The notes under the pieces are model-generated. The model made no database searches and had not been told where the DNA came from. It saw nothing but the letters and a program-made list of their open reading frames with translations. Both the position numbers and the translations under genes were made by a program. Shown here in pieces: positions 1 through 12,418 of a stretch of 64,000 nucleotides of DNA; position 1 is the first letter of the stretch, and every line of letters starts with the position of its first letter. The DNA comes from Sminthopsis crassicaudata (taxonomy: Eukaryota). The stretch covers positions 444,693,261 through 444,757,260 of the forward strand of contig NC_133620.1 of assembly GCF_048593235.1 (NCBI RefSeq). The letters are read 5' to 3'.

Positions 1-2524
1 ACTGCTTTCTGGGCTTGTCTGGAGAGAAAAGAACAGCATTTTGTTTTAGTAATAAATTTAAAAAAGATTGATGAAATTTATTTTATGCCAGAATATCTGC
101 AGGCACTATTGAGCATGAGATTTGTGTTAACAAATTTACAATTCATTATAACCATAAAAGGGAAGAAAGCATTTCAAGCTGGTACAGTCTCCAATGCCAT
201 TCACCAGCCACGAAGGGCAGAGTGTCAGAGGTATTGTCAAGACCTCACTAGTCTTGGAGTCTTCCAATAGCTGTGACTAAAGTCCCAGGAACCTCTCCCT
301 TGGTTTTCTCAGGGCGGCCAAGGATAAAAGGTTTATAGCAGTATAGTATATAGTACAATGCCCCCACAATTGCTATCTGACATAAAGGGAGATAAGATCA
401 AGTTAAAAATAAGAATTTTATTTGCTGTAGAGTATTTATGGCACTGCATATTTCATGTGCCTTGAAAAAGGAATGCTGTCTAAAATAATTTTTTTTTTGT
501 TTTTATGATGTTAGCAAAAAAGGCTACAAAATTCTAGGGAATTACTAATGAAAAAAAAGATTTTGCATGTTACCAATTTTATTTTGTGTACTTCATTTTA
601 TGGATTATTTCTTGGTCACTGTGTTAGGAAAAGTACAAATGATCAGAATCAGTATTACTCCAGGCAAGACAAGTCACTTCATTTCTATTTGCCTGAATTT
701 TCTTAACTATAAAATGGGATAAGAGCAGCACCCACTTCCCAAGGTTATTGTGAGGATCGATTTTTGGTTGTTAAATAGCATGCCTCTGCCTGTATGTAGC
801 CCTTGTCTCAGAGACTCTCTCTTGACAGGCCCAAGAACACAGTGAAAGATTTTTCTACTTTCTCACTTCAGAGCCCCCATTCAGGAAACTGAAGGAATGT
901 ATTCACAGCATCTTTCAATATAATGAAGCAGATTTTCCACATATAGGAGAAGAGTTCACACTATTTCATTTGCTATGCTATTTACATTCAAATAAGTGGC
1001 TTTTGATTAATAAATGTCATAATGTTTAAATTGTTTCCTTTAGAATTCTTTGTTTATAATCTATTCCTATCCACTCTCTCATGTGACTGTAAATGGTTCC
1101 TTCTGTTTTTCTAGATCTATTTTTTAAAAAAAAGCTTAACCTTATTTCATAAATCTTTTTTTCATAAAGGTCTTTCAATATTTCTATCTCTCACACTTAT
1201 TGATCTTAACTAAGCTATAAAATTCATTACATTAACATTCTTCAATTTATTTCCCATTCCTCTCTTGTTGGACATTCACAATCATAGAATTAAATAGTTA
1301 GAGCTTAAAGAAACATTAAAGGCTAGTGAATCTAACCACTTCACTTTCCAAAAGAGGAAACTGAGCTCTATTGAGGTTCAGCAATCTGTCCAGTGCTACA
1401 CAGGGGTTACAGTGTCTGAGGGAGGATTTAAACTCTGTTCTCCATGTTTCCAAAACTATGCCCTCTCCCCTGCTCTTCTAAAAACAGCTGGTACTTTAAT
1501 GGATTGAGTGTTTTTACTGTGTGACTTTGGACAAATCATTTAACCTCAATTTTCTTCATTTCCTTAACTGTCAGAAGAAGATAATAAAAACATCGACTTT
1601 GCAGAATTATTGTGAGGATCAGGAAAATCTAAAAAGCACTTAGAAGAGTGCAAGACACATAGTAGGTACTGTATAATTATTCATTCCCTTCCCTTTTGCC
1701 TTCTCCATCGACCATGTTATGTTGCTTCTCCATCTGATTGCTCTAAAGTGTTTTTGAGGTTTTTGTTTTTGCAGTTACAAATAATACTCTGTAGAATTCT
1801 TGGAACAGGCTGCCCTTTGGTTTGATTGTATTTAATAACGCTTCCCTGAGTACATTGCCAATGATGGAATTGTTCAATTGCTTTAGTTCTTCAGTTAATT
1901 AGTATTTCTCCATGTTCTCAGACAGTTTGGACAACAAGGCTGGAAGGTATGTCTTGAAAACCTAAAACCATCAAGCATTCAGAAGCCATGAGAGAACTGT
2001 AGATTCCAAATGACATTCAGACCCAAACTATCTATTTCTTTAGATGTCTGGAGAAGCAGTTGTTCTGTGTCCATCTTCCTTTCACATTTGAAATAAAGTT
2101 CCAGCTCCCAGAAGATCCAGGGCTGGCTAATGAAGCTGGTCCCTAGAGAATGGCAATGAGAGAGAAAATTTCTCAGTGCTGTAAAGGTGGGGAGGGTCTG
2201 AAAGAACCTTAATTTCTCCCTTTTTTGTCTCCTCAAAATCTCAGTGGGATCAGTCTCAAAATGGTAGGGAAAGGGATGGATGAACCCCTTTGCTTATATT
2301 TCTTCAGGAATTCCCAGAGTACATCCTTCTTGGACATGGTGAGGGAATACATTGAAGTTAAGGTGACCCAATAATCCCAAGGTTAATAATAATACTGACC
2401 CCTTTAAAGTTTGCAAAGAGATTCCTATTCTTATTTGAGTCTCATGATACCACTGTGAGGATATTATTATGCCCATTTTATAGACAGAAAAACTATAGCT
2501 CAGAGAGGTTAAATCATAATATTG

Positions 2525-2750
2525 TGGTTCAGTCATTTCAATCGTGTCTTTCTCTGTTAGAGATCCCCATTTGGGATTTTCTTAGCTGAGATACTGGAGT
2601 GTTTCGCCATTTCACTCTAGGTCATTTTACAGATGAGGAACCTTAGGCAAATAGAGTTAAGTGACAGGCTCAGTGTCACACAGCTGGTAAGTCTCTGGGG
2701 CCAGATTTGAACTGAGGTGTTCCTAATTTCAGGTCCAATGGTCTAGCCCC
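2525..2750 (-). mobile_element. MAR1-type SINE
   Basis: ccccatttgggattttcttag...gatactggagtgtttcgccattt...cattttacagatgaggaa. Confidence 0.65.
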
Positions 2751-3029
2751 AAGTCATAATAGCTAGCATTTAATACAGGGCCTTATGGGTTGAAAAATGA
2801 ACATCAATGAGCTAGAAAGAGCCAGGAGCAGTAGGTGGTTTTGTTAGAAATAGAAGTAGGAGCAAACCCCCAAATTCATAATAAGGTTCTAGAGATATCT
2901 TGGAAAGAAACAAAATCTGAGTTTTGGGCTTCAAGTGTTCATTTCAAAGCCACAGTTGAGAATTTGAGCTAGAAAGGGATACAGAATTAGTCAGCAATTA
3001 TTCATAATGATAGCTTTTGTCACTGAGTC

Positions 3030-3480
3030 ATTTCAGTCACATCTGACTATGACCTTATCTGGGGTTTTCTTGGCGAAGATACTAGAATGGTTTGCCATTT
3101 CCTTCTCCAATTCATTTGATAGAGGAAGAACTGAGGCAAACATGGTTAAGTGACTCACTAAGTATCCCCCAGCTAGAAGGTATCTGAGACTGGATTTGAA
3201 CTCAGCTCCTCCTCACTCCAAGGTCAAGGCTCTGCTTTGCCACTTAGCTGCCTCAGTAATTATAGTTAACACTAGCATACCACTTTGTGAGTCACAAAAT
3301 ACCGTACATATGTTATCTAATTTGATCCTCACAATAATCCTGCAAGGTGGGGGCTATTATTATCCCCATTTGACAATTGAGGAAACTGAGGCAGACTGAA
3401 GTTAAGTGATTTACACAGAGTCACTGAGACAGGATTCTAACTCAGACTTCCCCAATGCCAGATCAGTTGTGTGTGCCATC
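3030..3480 (-). mobile_element. MAR1-type SINE followed by a MIR-type SINE
   Basis: ggggttttcttggcgaagatactagaatggtttgccatttccttctcc; cacaataatcctgcaagg...ccccatttgacaattgaggaaactgaggc. Confidence 0.6.
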
Positions 3481-4009
3481 ATCTATTTGCCTTTGTAGTG
3501 CTGAAGGTCTGTGTAACAGGTTCATGCAAGGTTTTAGCCTGGACTTTCACCAGTTGGCCCTGCTCTCCTGGCTCTCTTCAGCTGGAGATCTCTATGCTGT
3601 TACTTCCTTTATTAATCATCTTGGAATCTATAGGGTGGTGGATAAACCTGGAATGCTAAACTGGAAGAAAACCAGGGTGAACATCAAAATGAATCTGTAA
3701 GGCAGTGTTTAGGGGGCATGAGTAAAAAAAAAAAAAAAACCCAAAAACAAAAAAACAAAAAACAAAACAAAAAAAAAGAAAAAAGAAACTTGTTATATCA
3801 GAATTTTTCTGTGGAGCGTAAACTAGTCATCTTGATACAGTGGTGTCATAGAATCCTAGATTTAGAGACAGAAATGACTTGAAAGGCTGTCTACCCAACC
3901 CTCCTCACCCCCACTTCATCTTACAGATGAGTCCTGAGGAGGTTGTGATTCGTTTGAGATCACACATGTAGGAAGCAACCAGAGATGTTATTTAATTGAG
4001 GTTTTGTTT

Positions 4010-4150
4010 AGTTTTGTTTTTGAGAGACACTTTGGGATTAAATGATTTGTCCATAGTCACACAGCTAATAAGTGTTAAGTGTCTGAGGCCGGATTTGATC
4101 TCAGGTACTCCTGACTCCAGGGCCATCCACTGTGCCATCTAGCTGCTCCC
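4010..4150 (-). mobile_element. WSINE1-type SINE
   Basis: agtgttaagtgtctgaggccggatttgatctcagg...ccactgtgccatctagctgc. Confidence 0.75.
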
Positions 4151-6124
4151 CAGACTTTATGTGAATCCAGAAAATCTGACTCTTTAGACACTGAAACAAG
4201 TTGTTACATTCTGTTTGTCCCTCTCCAGGTGATAGGCAGTAGCCAGGTAAATTTTTACCTAAAGATACTGCACTTCAAAAGTATAAAATCAACTAGGGTC
4301 TAAGCTGGAGTTAAAGTGGGAGGGGGACACAACAGATCCAGAAAATTTCCAGAGAACTGCACTGTAGCATGGATGGTAAGGAATTTAAAATTTTTTTTCT
4401 TTTATTTTTTGTTATCTTTATATGTATATTAAATACATTATATTATAATTAATATATTATATACACATAATATATATTATATATTGAATATAGATTTATT
4501 ATCTTGATCAAGTTGTCAGAGACCACATGGAAATCATCGTGCTTGTGGATAAGGGCAAGCCAGTTGTGAGATGCAACACTGCTACTCCCCAGGAACACAA
4601 GGGATTTGGCAGAGAAGGTAGCAAACCTTTGGGTTTCTCTATGGGATCCCTGGCTTAGTCCCACTCTGCTCAAGATTGCATAAGAGACACACAGCTGTAG
4701 CTACCCTAATCCCAGAAGAAGAGCCCATATTTCAAGGTACTTTTAGGTCTGTCCCTGGGAACTGCACTTGCTTTGTAGGACAGGGAAAGGCTGCAACAAT
4801 AGCAGGAACAGGTCAGTTGAACTGGGTGGAGCTGTATAGACTTGAGAGTTTATACTGTTTCCTGTACTATTCAAAAAATACAAACCTTGCATCGGAGATC
4901 AAAGGATGAGAAGTGCCTGTGGAAATGGCACACTTTTATCCAGAAAACTAAAGAAGTCTCTTATTGGACTACCCAGTGAACAAGCATCGACAATGGTCAT
5001 GGTGTGCCTCAAGGAAGTTATCTTACCAGAAAAGTAAAATAGAAACACTCAGACATTGTGCAACTGGTAAAGCCCCAAATTGCTACATCGTTGAATTTTC
5101 ATTAAGAAATGTTTTTAGATGCCTGATGGACATGTAAAAATGGGGGAAAAAAGAAGACAGTTTTCAGAAGCAGGATGATGACATGCCTAAAGAGCTGACT
5201 TCAGAGTCAGGAAGAGCTGAGCACCTGATGGCTTTATTACTCTAGGATGCAAATCTCTTAGCTTTTCATAGCTTGGTGTCAAACTCAAGTAGAAATGAGA
5301 GTCACTAAGCCACGTGGAAGGACCTCTATGGGAAGCATACTGACTTAAAAATCACATATTTTTAATATTTTTATTTATAGAAAAAGCATATTAAAATCAC
5401 ATAGAAACTATATTTTAATCTAATTTGGGAGATACTTTGAAAGTATTGTGGACCACATGAAGTTCATGAGCCACTTATTTGATACCTCTGCTCAAGACAA
5501 CTCTTTTTATGTTTCTTTTTTTATTAAAGTTTTTTTTTAATTTTTAAAATATATGCATAGATAATTTTCAAAATACACCCTTACAAAACTATAACTTATT
5601 CAGCCATTCTCTAACTGATGGGCATCCACTCAGTTAAGGCAACTCTTTAAGGGGGAGAGAGGAAGGAAAGAAGGAAGGGCCAAGTTCTGTGCCAAGTATA
5701 TTATCTCATTTTATTCTCACAACAACCTTGCAAAGTAGGTGCTATTTGAAAAATGGCAAGTAGCTGAAAAATTGAAGCAAACAGAGTTTAAGACTTTAAG
5801 ACTATAAAATTGCAGAGAAGGGTTCCATCTGCACTGGTTTAGTCCCTAAGGGCTCATTACACTGATGAAATCACAAGTCTGGTTTAAAAAATAATACAAG
5901 ACCCAGAAACAAAGCAGCTCTGTCTAAAGCCACTGAACTCAAGCAGCTGACATTCCATTGTTAATTTTAATTATTTTAATTTTTTAAATGTCATTTTAAT
6001 CATTTTAATATCATCGACTTCTTTGGCAGGCTAGACAGTCTATGGATCCCTTTTCAGAAGAATGCTTTTGAATGATTGAAGCTAATGCCAAATTTCAGTT
6101 AGAGGTGAGTGAAAATAAAAATAC

Positions 6125-6332
6125 ATTTCCCCCTCATTTTACTTAGCATCAGTTCATGTAAGTCTCTCCAGACCTCTCTAAAATCATCCTGCTGGTCATT
6201 TCTTATAGAACAATAATATTCCATAACATTCATAGACCATAACTTATTTAGCCATTCTCCAGCTGTTGGGCATCCATTCAGTTTCCAGTTTCCTGCCACT
6301 ACAAAGAGGGCTGCCACAAATATTTCTGTCAA
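6125..6332 (-). mobile_element. L1 ORF2 C-terminal fragment
   Basis: The peptide IFVAALFVVAGNWKLNGCPTAGEWLNKLWSMNVMEYYCSIRNDQQDDFREVWRDLHELML matches the L1 ORF2 C-terminus. Confidence 0.9.
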
Positions 6333-6569
6333 ATAGTGAGTTCTTATCCCAGAAGAAACAGACTTGGAATTTTGATATTGTCTTACTCGTCTTTTTCAGT
6401 TCTAGGTACAGGGAGTAGAGTCTCGGACCCAGTTGCTCCAGCCATGGAGACGTAGAAACTCAGGATGCCAAGCCAGAAGCTGCAACCAGTTTTTCAATCA
6501 AACCCTGTGAGAACAGGATCCCAGAGATGGGGCAGGATATTGATTTGGCATTTGATGAGAGAATGGTAT

Positions 6570-7260
6570 GTAGGAACTGAGCTGTAATCTAGATTGGGAG
6601 CTCCTAGACAGTTGGAACTATCTCTATCCCCAACACTTAACACAGCACTCTGCACATAGTAGAGGTATAGCAAATGATTTTTGATTAATTAGTATATTTA
6701 TTCATTCATTCAAAAATAAAACTGGATAAGTAGAATCAGATTGTAGAAAGCTTTAAATAGCAGATTAAGGAATTTTTTTTATCCTAGAGACAAATAGGGA
6801 CATTGAAATTTTTGAGCAAGAGAGTGACATGACTAGACCTCTGCTTTATGTAAGTTATTTTTGCCTCTGTGCAGAAGAATTATAAAAAAGAACAGAAATG
6901 ATTACAATAAGCTAGATGAGAGTTGATAAAAGCCTGAGATAAAGTGTTGACTATGTATGTGGAATGAAGGGAATAGACACCAAAGATGATATGGAGGAAG
7001 AACCGACATGATTTAGGATTAATTGGATACTGGGGTGAGGAAAGGGAAAGAGTAGAAAATAACTCTGAGGTTACAAATCTCAGCAACAGTCAAGATGAAG
7101 GGCCATTTAGCAGAAGAAGGAAAGTTCAGAGGAAGGTAGGATTCAGAGAGAAAAATAATGAGTTCTGCTTTAAACATGTTAAATTTGAGATGTCTAGCAG
7201 GCAGATGATAAGGCAGAACAAGAGTTAGAAAGATAAGTGAAGGGTTTATATACAGATTTG
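6570..7260. mobile_element. Old L2/MIR-type fragments
   Basis: Characteristic phrases such as cttaacacagcactctgcacatagtag and gagcaagagagtgacatgactagacct. Recognised by eye only. Confidence 0.55.
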
Positions 7261-9799
7261 GAAGACTGGTATAAAAATGTTGCTTGGATCAATGGAAACA
7301 GACTTAAGATGAGGCTTGATAAAGTTTGTTAAAGAGCATGCTTATCTATGAGAGTTTCGTCTATATTAAAAGAATCAATACTGAAATTCTGAATGTATAG
7401 TCTGTAATAGCTAATCTATTACCCAGCTGGCTAGAATACTAATGTTATTTTTAAGTTCTAATTGTCTCAATCCCTGGCAGATTTGTTAATGTGTAGAGTC
7501 TCCTGGCAACTGTTCAGATGAAATGGATGGCTGGAAACTCATAAATGTTAGTACATTGGGTCCTCTTGTTACTCATTCCATTACTTTCTGTAGCTCAGTT
7601 CAACAATACCTTCCACTCTATTATGTCACTTGGTGTTCTGTTATAAACATCTAGAATAGTTCTTATCCCATTTTTTGGTGCATCCATTGTTTTAAAACAG
7701 AACACTGAAAAACTCCATATTTTTGATTAACTAGAGCAAACATGTTTTTTGTTGTAAGATGCAAATCAAAATAGTAGAATAATAAATATGTTACGCTACA
7801 AATAATTAGATTTAGAAGCATAAAGGGAGGGGAGAATTATGGAAGGATATTATGTTCTTCATTTATATTTTAACCAAAAATATTAATAAAAGGAGCCCGA
7901 TGGCAGAGTAGAGATAAGGATTCATCAAAACCCAATAGTCCTTTCCAAATAACTTTAAAATAAGATCTTAAATCTTATTCTGCAGTGTCAGAGATAAGAA
8001 AAGATCAAGATGAGACATTTTTCTGGCTTAAAACAACTTAGGAGGTCAACAGAATAGTGACTTCTATCTCCTTATGTGATAATATTACCAGCAAACATTT
8101 GTGTAATATTTTAAGGTGACAAAGTACTTTTTCATCTATTATCCCATTACATCTTTTTTCCCCTAAAGCAAAAATTGAAATTAAATGATTTCCTTGGGGT
8201 CACATCCCTAATAAGTATCTGAGGCCACATTTAAACTCAAGTCCTTCTTACTTCAGAGCTGGTACTCTATCCACTATGACACATAGCCACTCCACTTCAT
8301 TTCACCATAAAGAGCTCAATTAATCAATTTATTATTAACAATAAGTATATATAATTATAATTAACAAGTTCAATTAAATAATTAATTTGGCTTCTGAGGT
8401 AGGCAGGCTTATTGTTATCACCATTTTATTCATGGTGAAATTGTGTCTTGAAATACATGTGAGATCTTGTCTAAATTATTTTTTTCAGACTTTTTTGGTT
8501 TTCCCAGCAGTTTGGCTGAAGAGAGTTCTTACCTAGTAAGTGCTGTCTTTGGGTTTACATAATCTGTGCTGTCATTTCTTTTTAATTTCTATATGAGAGT
8601 TAAGTGAAAAGGAGACAGGGAAAAATTCATACAATGACAGCGAAATCTGGAAAGAAGTAACTTTGAAATAACTGAGAATGCTGATCAGTGGAATGATTAA
8701 TCATGTTTTCCAAAAGACTGATGGTAAAACTTGTTTCCCACTTTTTCCAGAGTGTACATACTTAGCACTAGAAAGGGGCAAACATTACAACCATGATTGT
8801 TTATTATGCTTATTTGTTACATTTGGCAAGTTTTTTTGGGGAGGAACGAATGGAAATTTGTGGGAGTAATCATGATGCAAAAAAGAAAAAGACAAAAAAG
8901 TATCAATGAAAAAATAATACATAGAAGAGAGTAGAAGAAAGAAGAAAGTTCAAAAGGGGATCCAGACAGGCAAGGGAATTTACTGACCCTTGTGACAAAT
9001 TACCTACATACCAAATAGACCACTAAGAGCAGTTCAGGAAATTTTAATTTTTATCTATTGCTTCTAAAATCACATATATAACCATTTGTTTGGGATTTCA
9101 TACTTCTGCCTCTGTCTCTCTGTCTGATTCCCTTTAGCACTCTGTCTCTGTTTTGCTGTCTATCCATCTATCTCTTTCTCTGACTCTGCCTTTCTATGTC
9201 TCTATCTCTGACTTTCTGCTTCTTTCTCTGTATCTCTATCTCTATGTCTTGATTCCCTCTAGCATTCTGTTTCTATGTCTGTGTCTTTCTATCTGTCCAT
9301 CTGTCTATCTCTCTCTATCTCTGTCTCTTTGAATGATTTCCTCTAGCACTTTGTCTGTTTCTGTATCCGTGTCTTTCTATCTGTCCATCTGTCTATCTGG
9401 CTCTCTCTGATTGTATCTGTCTTTCTTTCTCTTCAATTTAACCTCTTCCTCTTCCTCACCCTCTTTGAGCCTGTGTTTGATAAGAGAAACACAAGATATG
9501 AATAAGTATCCTCACTCAATCCAAACATTTCTTCTGTCTTCATACCTCTTCATCCAAGGATTTTTCTAATTTAACCTCAAGTGTTTGATTGATGGTTGCT
9601 TGAGACTGGTCATCTGTCATCCATTTACTTTGAGAGGTGGGGTCACTTGACTTTTTTTTTTTTTTTTTGCTCAATCAACAGCCTGACCCATATGGATAGA
9701 TAGATAGATAGATATTGATTTTCTTTTCCATTGTGACATTGATTTTCCATTGTGTCTTGAGCATATCCCTTACGTATATACTCTTTCCTGACAGTTTTC

Positions 9800-10300
9800 T
9801 CTCAGCATCATAAAATCATAGAATTGAAGATTTGAAAGGACCCACTAAACATACTCTTCTACAACTTCCTCTATAGGTGTCACCCACTCTCTGTTTAATG
9901 ACCTCAAAGCAGAGGAACTAAGTGCCATTTGAGGCAGTTGGTTTTAGTTTTGGACAGCTTTAATTATTGGGAAGTTGTCTTATTATTAAGTTTCTATTTA
10001 TTTCTTTGTTCTTCTACCCATTGCTCATGGTGGGCACAAGCAGAAACTTTTCCTCATGATAGCCTTTCAGATACTTGAATATCAGTACAATGAATGTCCT
10101 GAATTTTTTTCTCTCTTCACTGGCCATCCTATAATCCATTCTTAAATGACAGGGACTCTCGACTCTTTTTCTTCCTAATTGCTTTCCTTGGCACACTATC
10201 AGCTTCCAAGTATTTTTCTTAAACTGTGTGCCCAGAACTGAACGTGGCCCACATGCCAGAATATGACGGCATTAGCCATTCTTATTCCTGGAAGCCATGT
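9800..10300 (-). mobile_element. CR1/L3-like fragment carried in every gene's 3' flank (also ~15830-16340, 23020-23520, 34360-34860, 45740-46240, 59330-59780)
   Basis: Recurrent diverged block ctctgtttaatgacctc..aggaac..ccatttgaggc..ttttggacagct.taatt..ggaagtt. The family assignment is from memory. Confidence 0.55.
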
Positions 10301-10480
10301 TTCTCCATGTAGATTAGACATTTGTAACCATTCAAAGTGCTGAGTCAAAATAAGATTGTCATACACGTCAATGATCAAATTTTATTTTCCTTAGAACAAA
10401 TGCTGTCTGACGAGTCTTCCCTTATGTGGTATGATAATATAGGAAATCCACCTAAATAATCCTATTTCTGTCACAGTAAC

Positions 10481-10625
10481 TTTTTTCCCCTGAAGCAATT
10501 GGGTTTAAGTGACTTGCCCAGGGTCATACAGCTAGGAAGTGTTAAATGTCTGAGGTCACATTTGAACTCAGGTCCTCCTGACTTAAGGGCTAGTGCTCTA
10601 TCCACCGCATCACCTAGCTGCCCCC
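10481..10625 (-). mobile_element. WSINE1-type SINE just downstream of the gene A polyA signal
   Basis: Full SINE body ending cacctagctgcccc. It is absent at the homologous site in the B1 and C flanks. Confidence 0.85.
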
Positions 10626-10686
10626 AACAATTCTATTTGTGCTGAGAAAACCAAAAACACTCAGAAAACATATGGCTTGAAAAAGT

Positions 10687-10692
10687 TTTATT
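10687..10692 (-). terminator. AATAAA polyadenylation signal, gene A
   Basis: Sits in the conserved context AATAAA(A/G)CTTTTTCAAGCC shared by A, B1 and C, downstream of an AU-rich block (~10843-10868). Confidence 0.75.
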
Positions 10693-10945
10693 ATGAAATC
10701 TTTGTCCAAAAGATGTTTATGGAATCCAACAAATGGCCCCAGGATTCAAAGAACCAAGGGTTGGCTGCTAACAGAGATCTCCATGGGGGACAAGTATCCT
10801 CCAAAAGTGCAAATAGTACCAATAAATACCCAAGATTACCACCAAATAATTTATATAAATTAAATTTCACTTATATAAAGGCTGGAAGGCTGGGGTGTGA
10901 GGAGATTGTTTCTGAATGCGGAATCCTTTTGTGCAGTCTCTTTTC

Positions 10946-12255
10946 CTATAAGGCTAGATCTTGATTCAGGTAATTAATATACTCCTGAACCCAGGCGTCT
11001 CTGGGGTTGGCACACACGTTCTTTTCACTCTTAGTTGTGAACCTGTGGAGTGAGGGGAGAGAACATGAGAGACCAAAGACCTTTTTCAGCTGGAGATGAA
11101 AGGAACAATTCTCTGTTAGCCTCTTCCCAACTCCCTGTAGATTTCTAGAAGGGATTAAGGAACCACTATTCCATCTTTTGAAACCTCCATCAGACCCATT
11201 GAGTCCACCTGTTTCTAGAGACATCTTTAGAAGAGATTATCTCAGTCTCCTCAGCCTCAGATTCCTGTTTCCCTTTATCTCTCCATTGGAGGGATTTGCT
11301 TCCATCTTGTTCTTGGGAGGACCAAACCTGAGCATGGGACCACATGGACCACTGCTCTTCCTTTTATCTACCTGAGTTGCCTCATGTAGCCATTTGGCCA
11401 AATTGCCCAACAGCTTCATTTTCTCTTCTCATCATCTCATCCTTTTTCACCCTAAGGAAACTCAGTAGGTAGATACTCACACCACAGCTGGTTTGGCACA
11501 CTGGCTGCTGATCTCAACATAACTTTTCACACGATGTCTTGGGATCTGCCTTTCATAGGTGTAGCAGCAGAAGGGAGAAATCATGACGCTGTCTGTAAAG
11601 GAAAGAGAGTCATAAAATTAGTAAGGTCATACCTTTAGGTGCTGCAATTATCTCAGGAACATTCTTTCCATCAGGCCCACTGTGGATGTGGTCTCTCATG
11701 TCTCCCTACCCTGGTTCTCTCCAGCACCAGGTCTGACTCTCATCCCACCTGGAGGAGGTCAGACCTGCTCTTCTCCTCCGCAGAAGGGAACACAGAAAAA
11801 ACCTGAAATATGAGAGCTAGAAAGGATGTCAGAGATCCATGCAATTTCTAACTTATAGAGGAATCCAGTTGCTTCAGATCTTATGGCTATTTAGTGTCAG
11901 AGTCATTAGAAGTCAGTCTTGGGCTCCTTCTACTCTTTTCTCCTGCCTTGAACTTACATATTTACTAGCACATGTTGTTAAAGTTAGGTTAATGTTTTCA
12001 AGTCCAAAATGCTTAGAAGGCCTCCCTGTTTCTACCTTCCCACTCTCCCCTCTTCATCCTCCCTCTCCAAACCTTTATCAGACTCCTTTGATCATACTAT
12101 GGGTGCTCTTTGGCCAGAGCTCTATTTAGCTCATAATTGGAGCCTAAACACAACTATAGAAGGCAAGAGGAAGCCCACTTACGTGGTGCAGAGGATGCCA
12201 GAGAGCTGAAGGCCATGACCATGAGGATGGAGAGGGCAGCCACAGAGACCTTCAT
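10946..12255 (-). CDS. CC chemokine gene A (MIP/CCL3-4-5 family), 3 exons: 12183-12255, 11481-11592, 10946-11042; 93 aa
   Basis: Spliced by hand with GT-AG introns in phases 1 and 2: [93 protein letters not shown]. It has a signal peptide, the CC motif, C3, C4 and the CANP..WV motif. Confidence 0.95.
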
Positions 12256-12339
12256 GATCCTGAGAGAGAGCAGCTGGAGGAGCAGAGCACAGGCTGAGAG
12301 ACACTGCAAATCTGTGCCTGGATCGTGTCTGGATCCTCT

Positions 12340-12418
12340 TTTTATACAGGACTGAGAGTTCATGAAAAGATGGAATCAACAGAAAATGAAGGAAATTTCC
12401 AAGAAAAAGATGATGCCA
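12340..12418 (-). promoter_or_regulatory. Gene A core promoter: TATAAAA (12340-12346), kappaB-like GGAAATTTCC (12391-12400), degenerate ATF/CRE (12411-12418)
   Basis: Motifs read directly. The TATA box lies ~85 nt upstream of the ATG, a position shared by all nine paralogs. Confidence 0.75.

Noticed and set aside
6395-6510. Exon-like plus-strand segment (cttttcag...VQGVESRTQLLQPWRRRNSGCQARSCNQFFNQT...gtgag)
   Set aside because: I found no partner exons or recognisable family, and two frames have stops. A tBLASTx or RNA-seq check would be needed to revive it.
1-8000. Additional chemokine exons, RNA genes or CRISPR-like arrays in the first 8 kb
   Set aside because: I saw only SINE/LINE fragments and AT-rich unique DNA, with no CC, CANP..WV or signal-peptide exons. 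The tRNA-like motifs belong to SINE heads.
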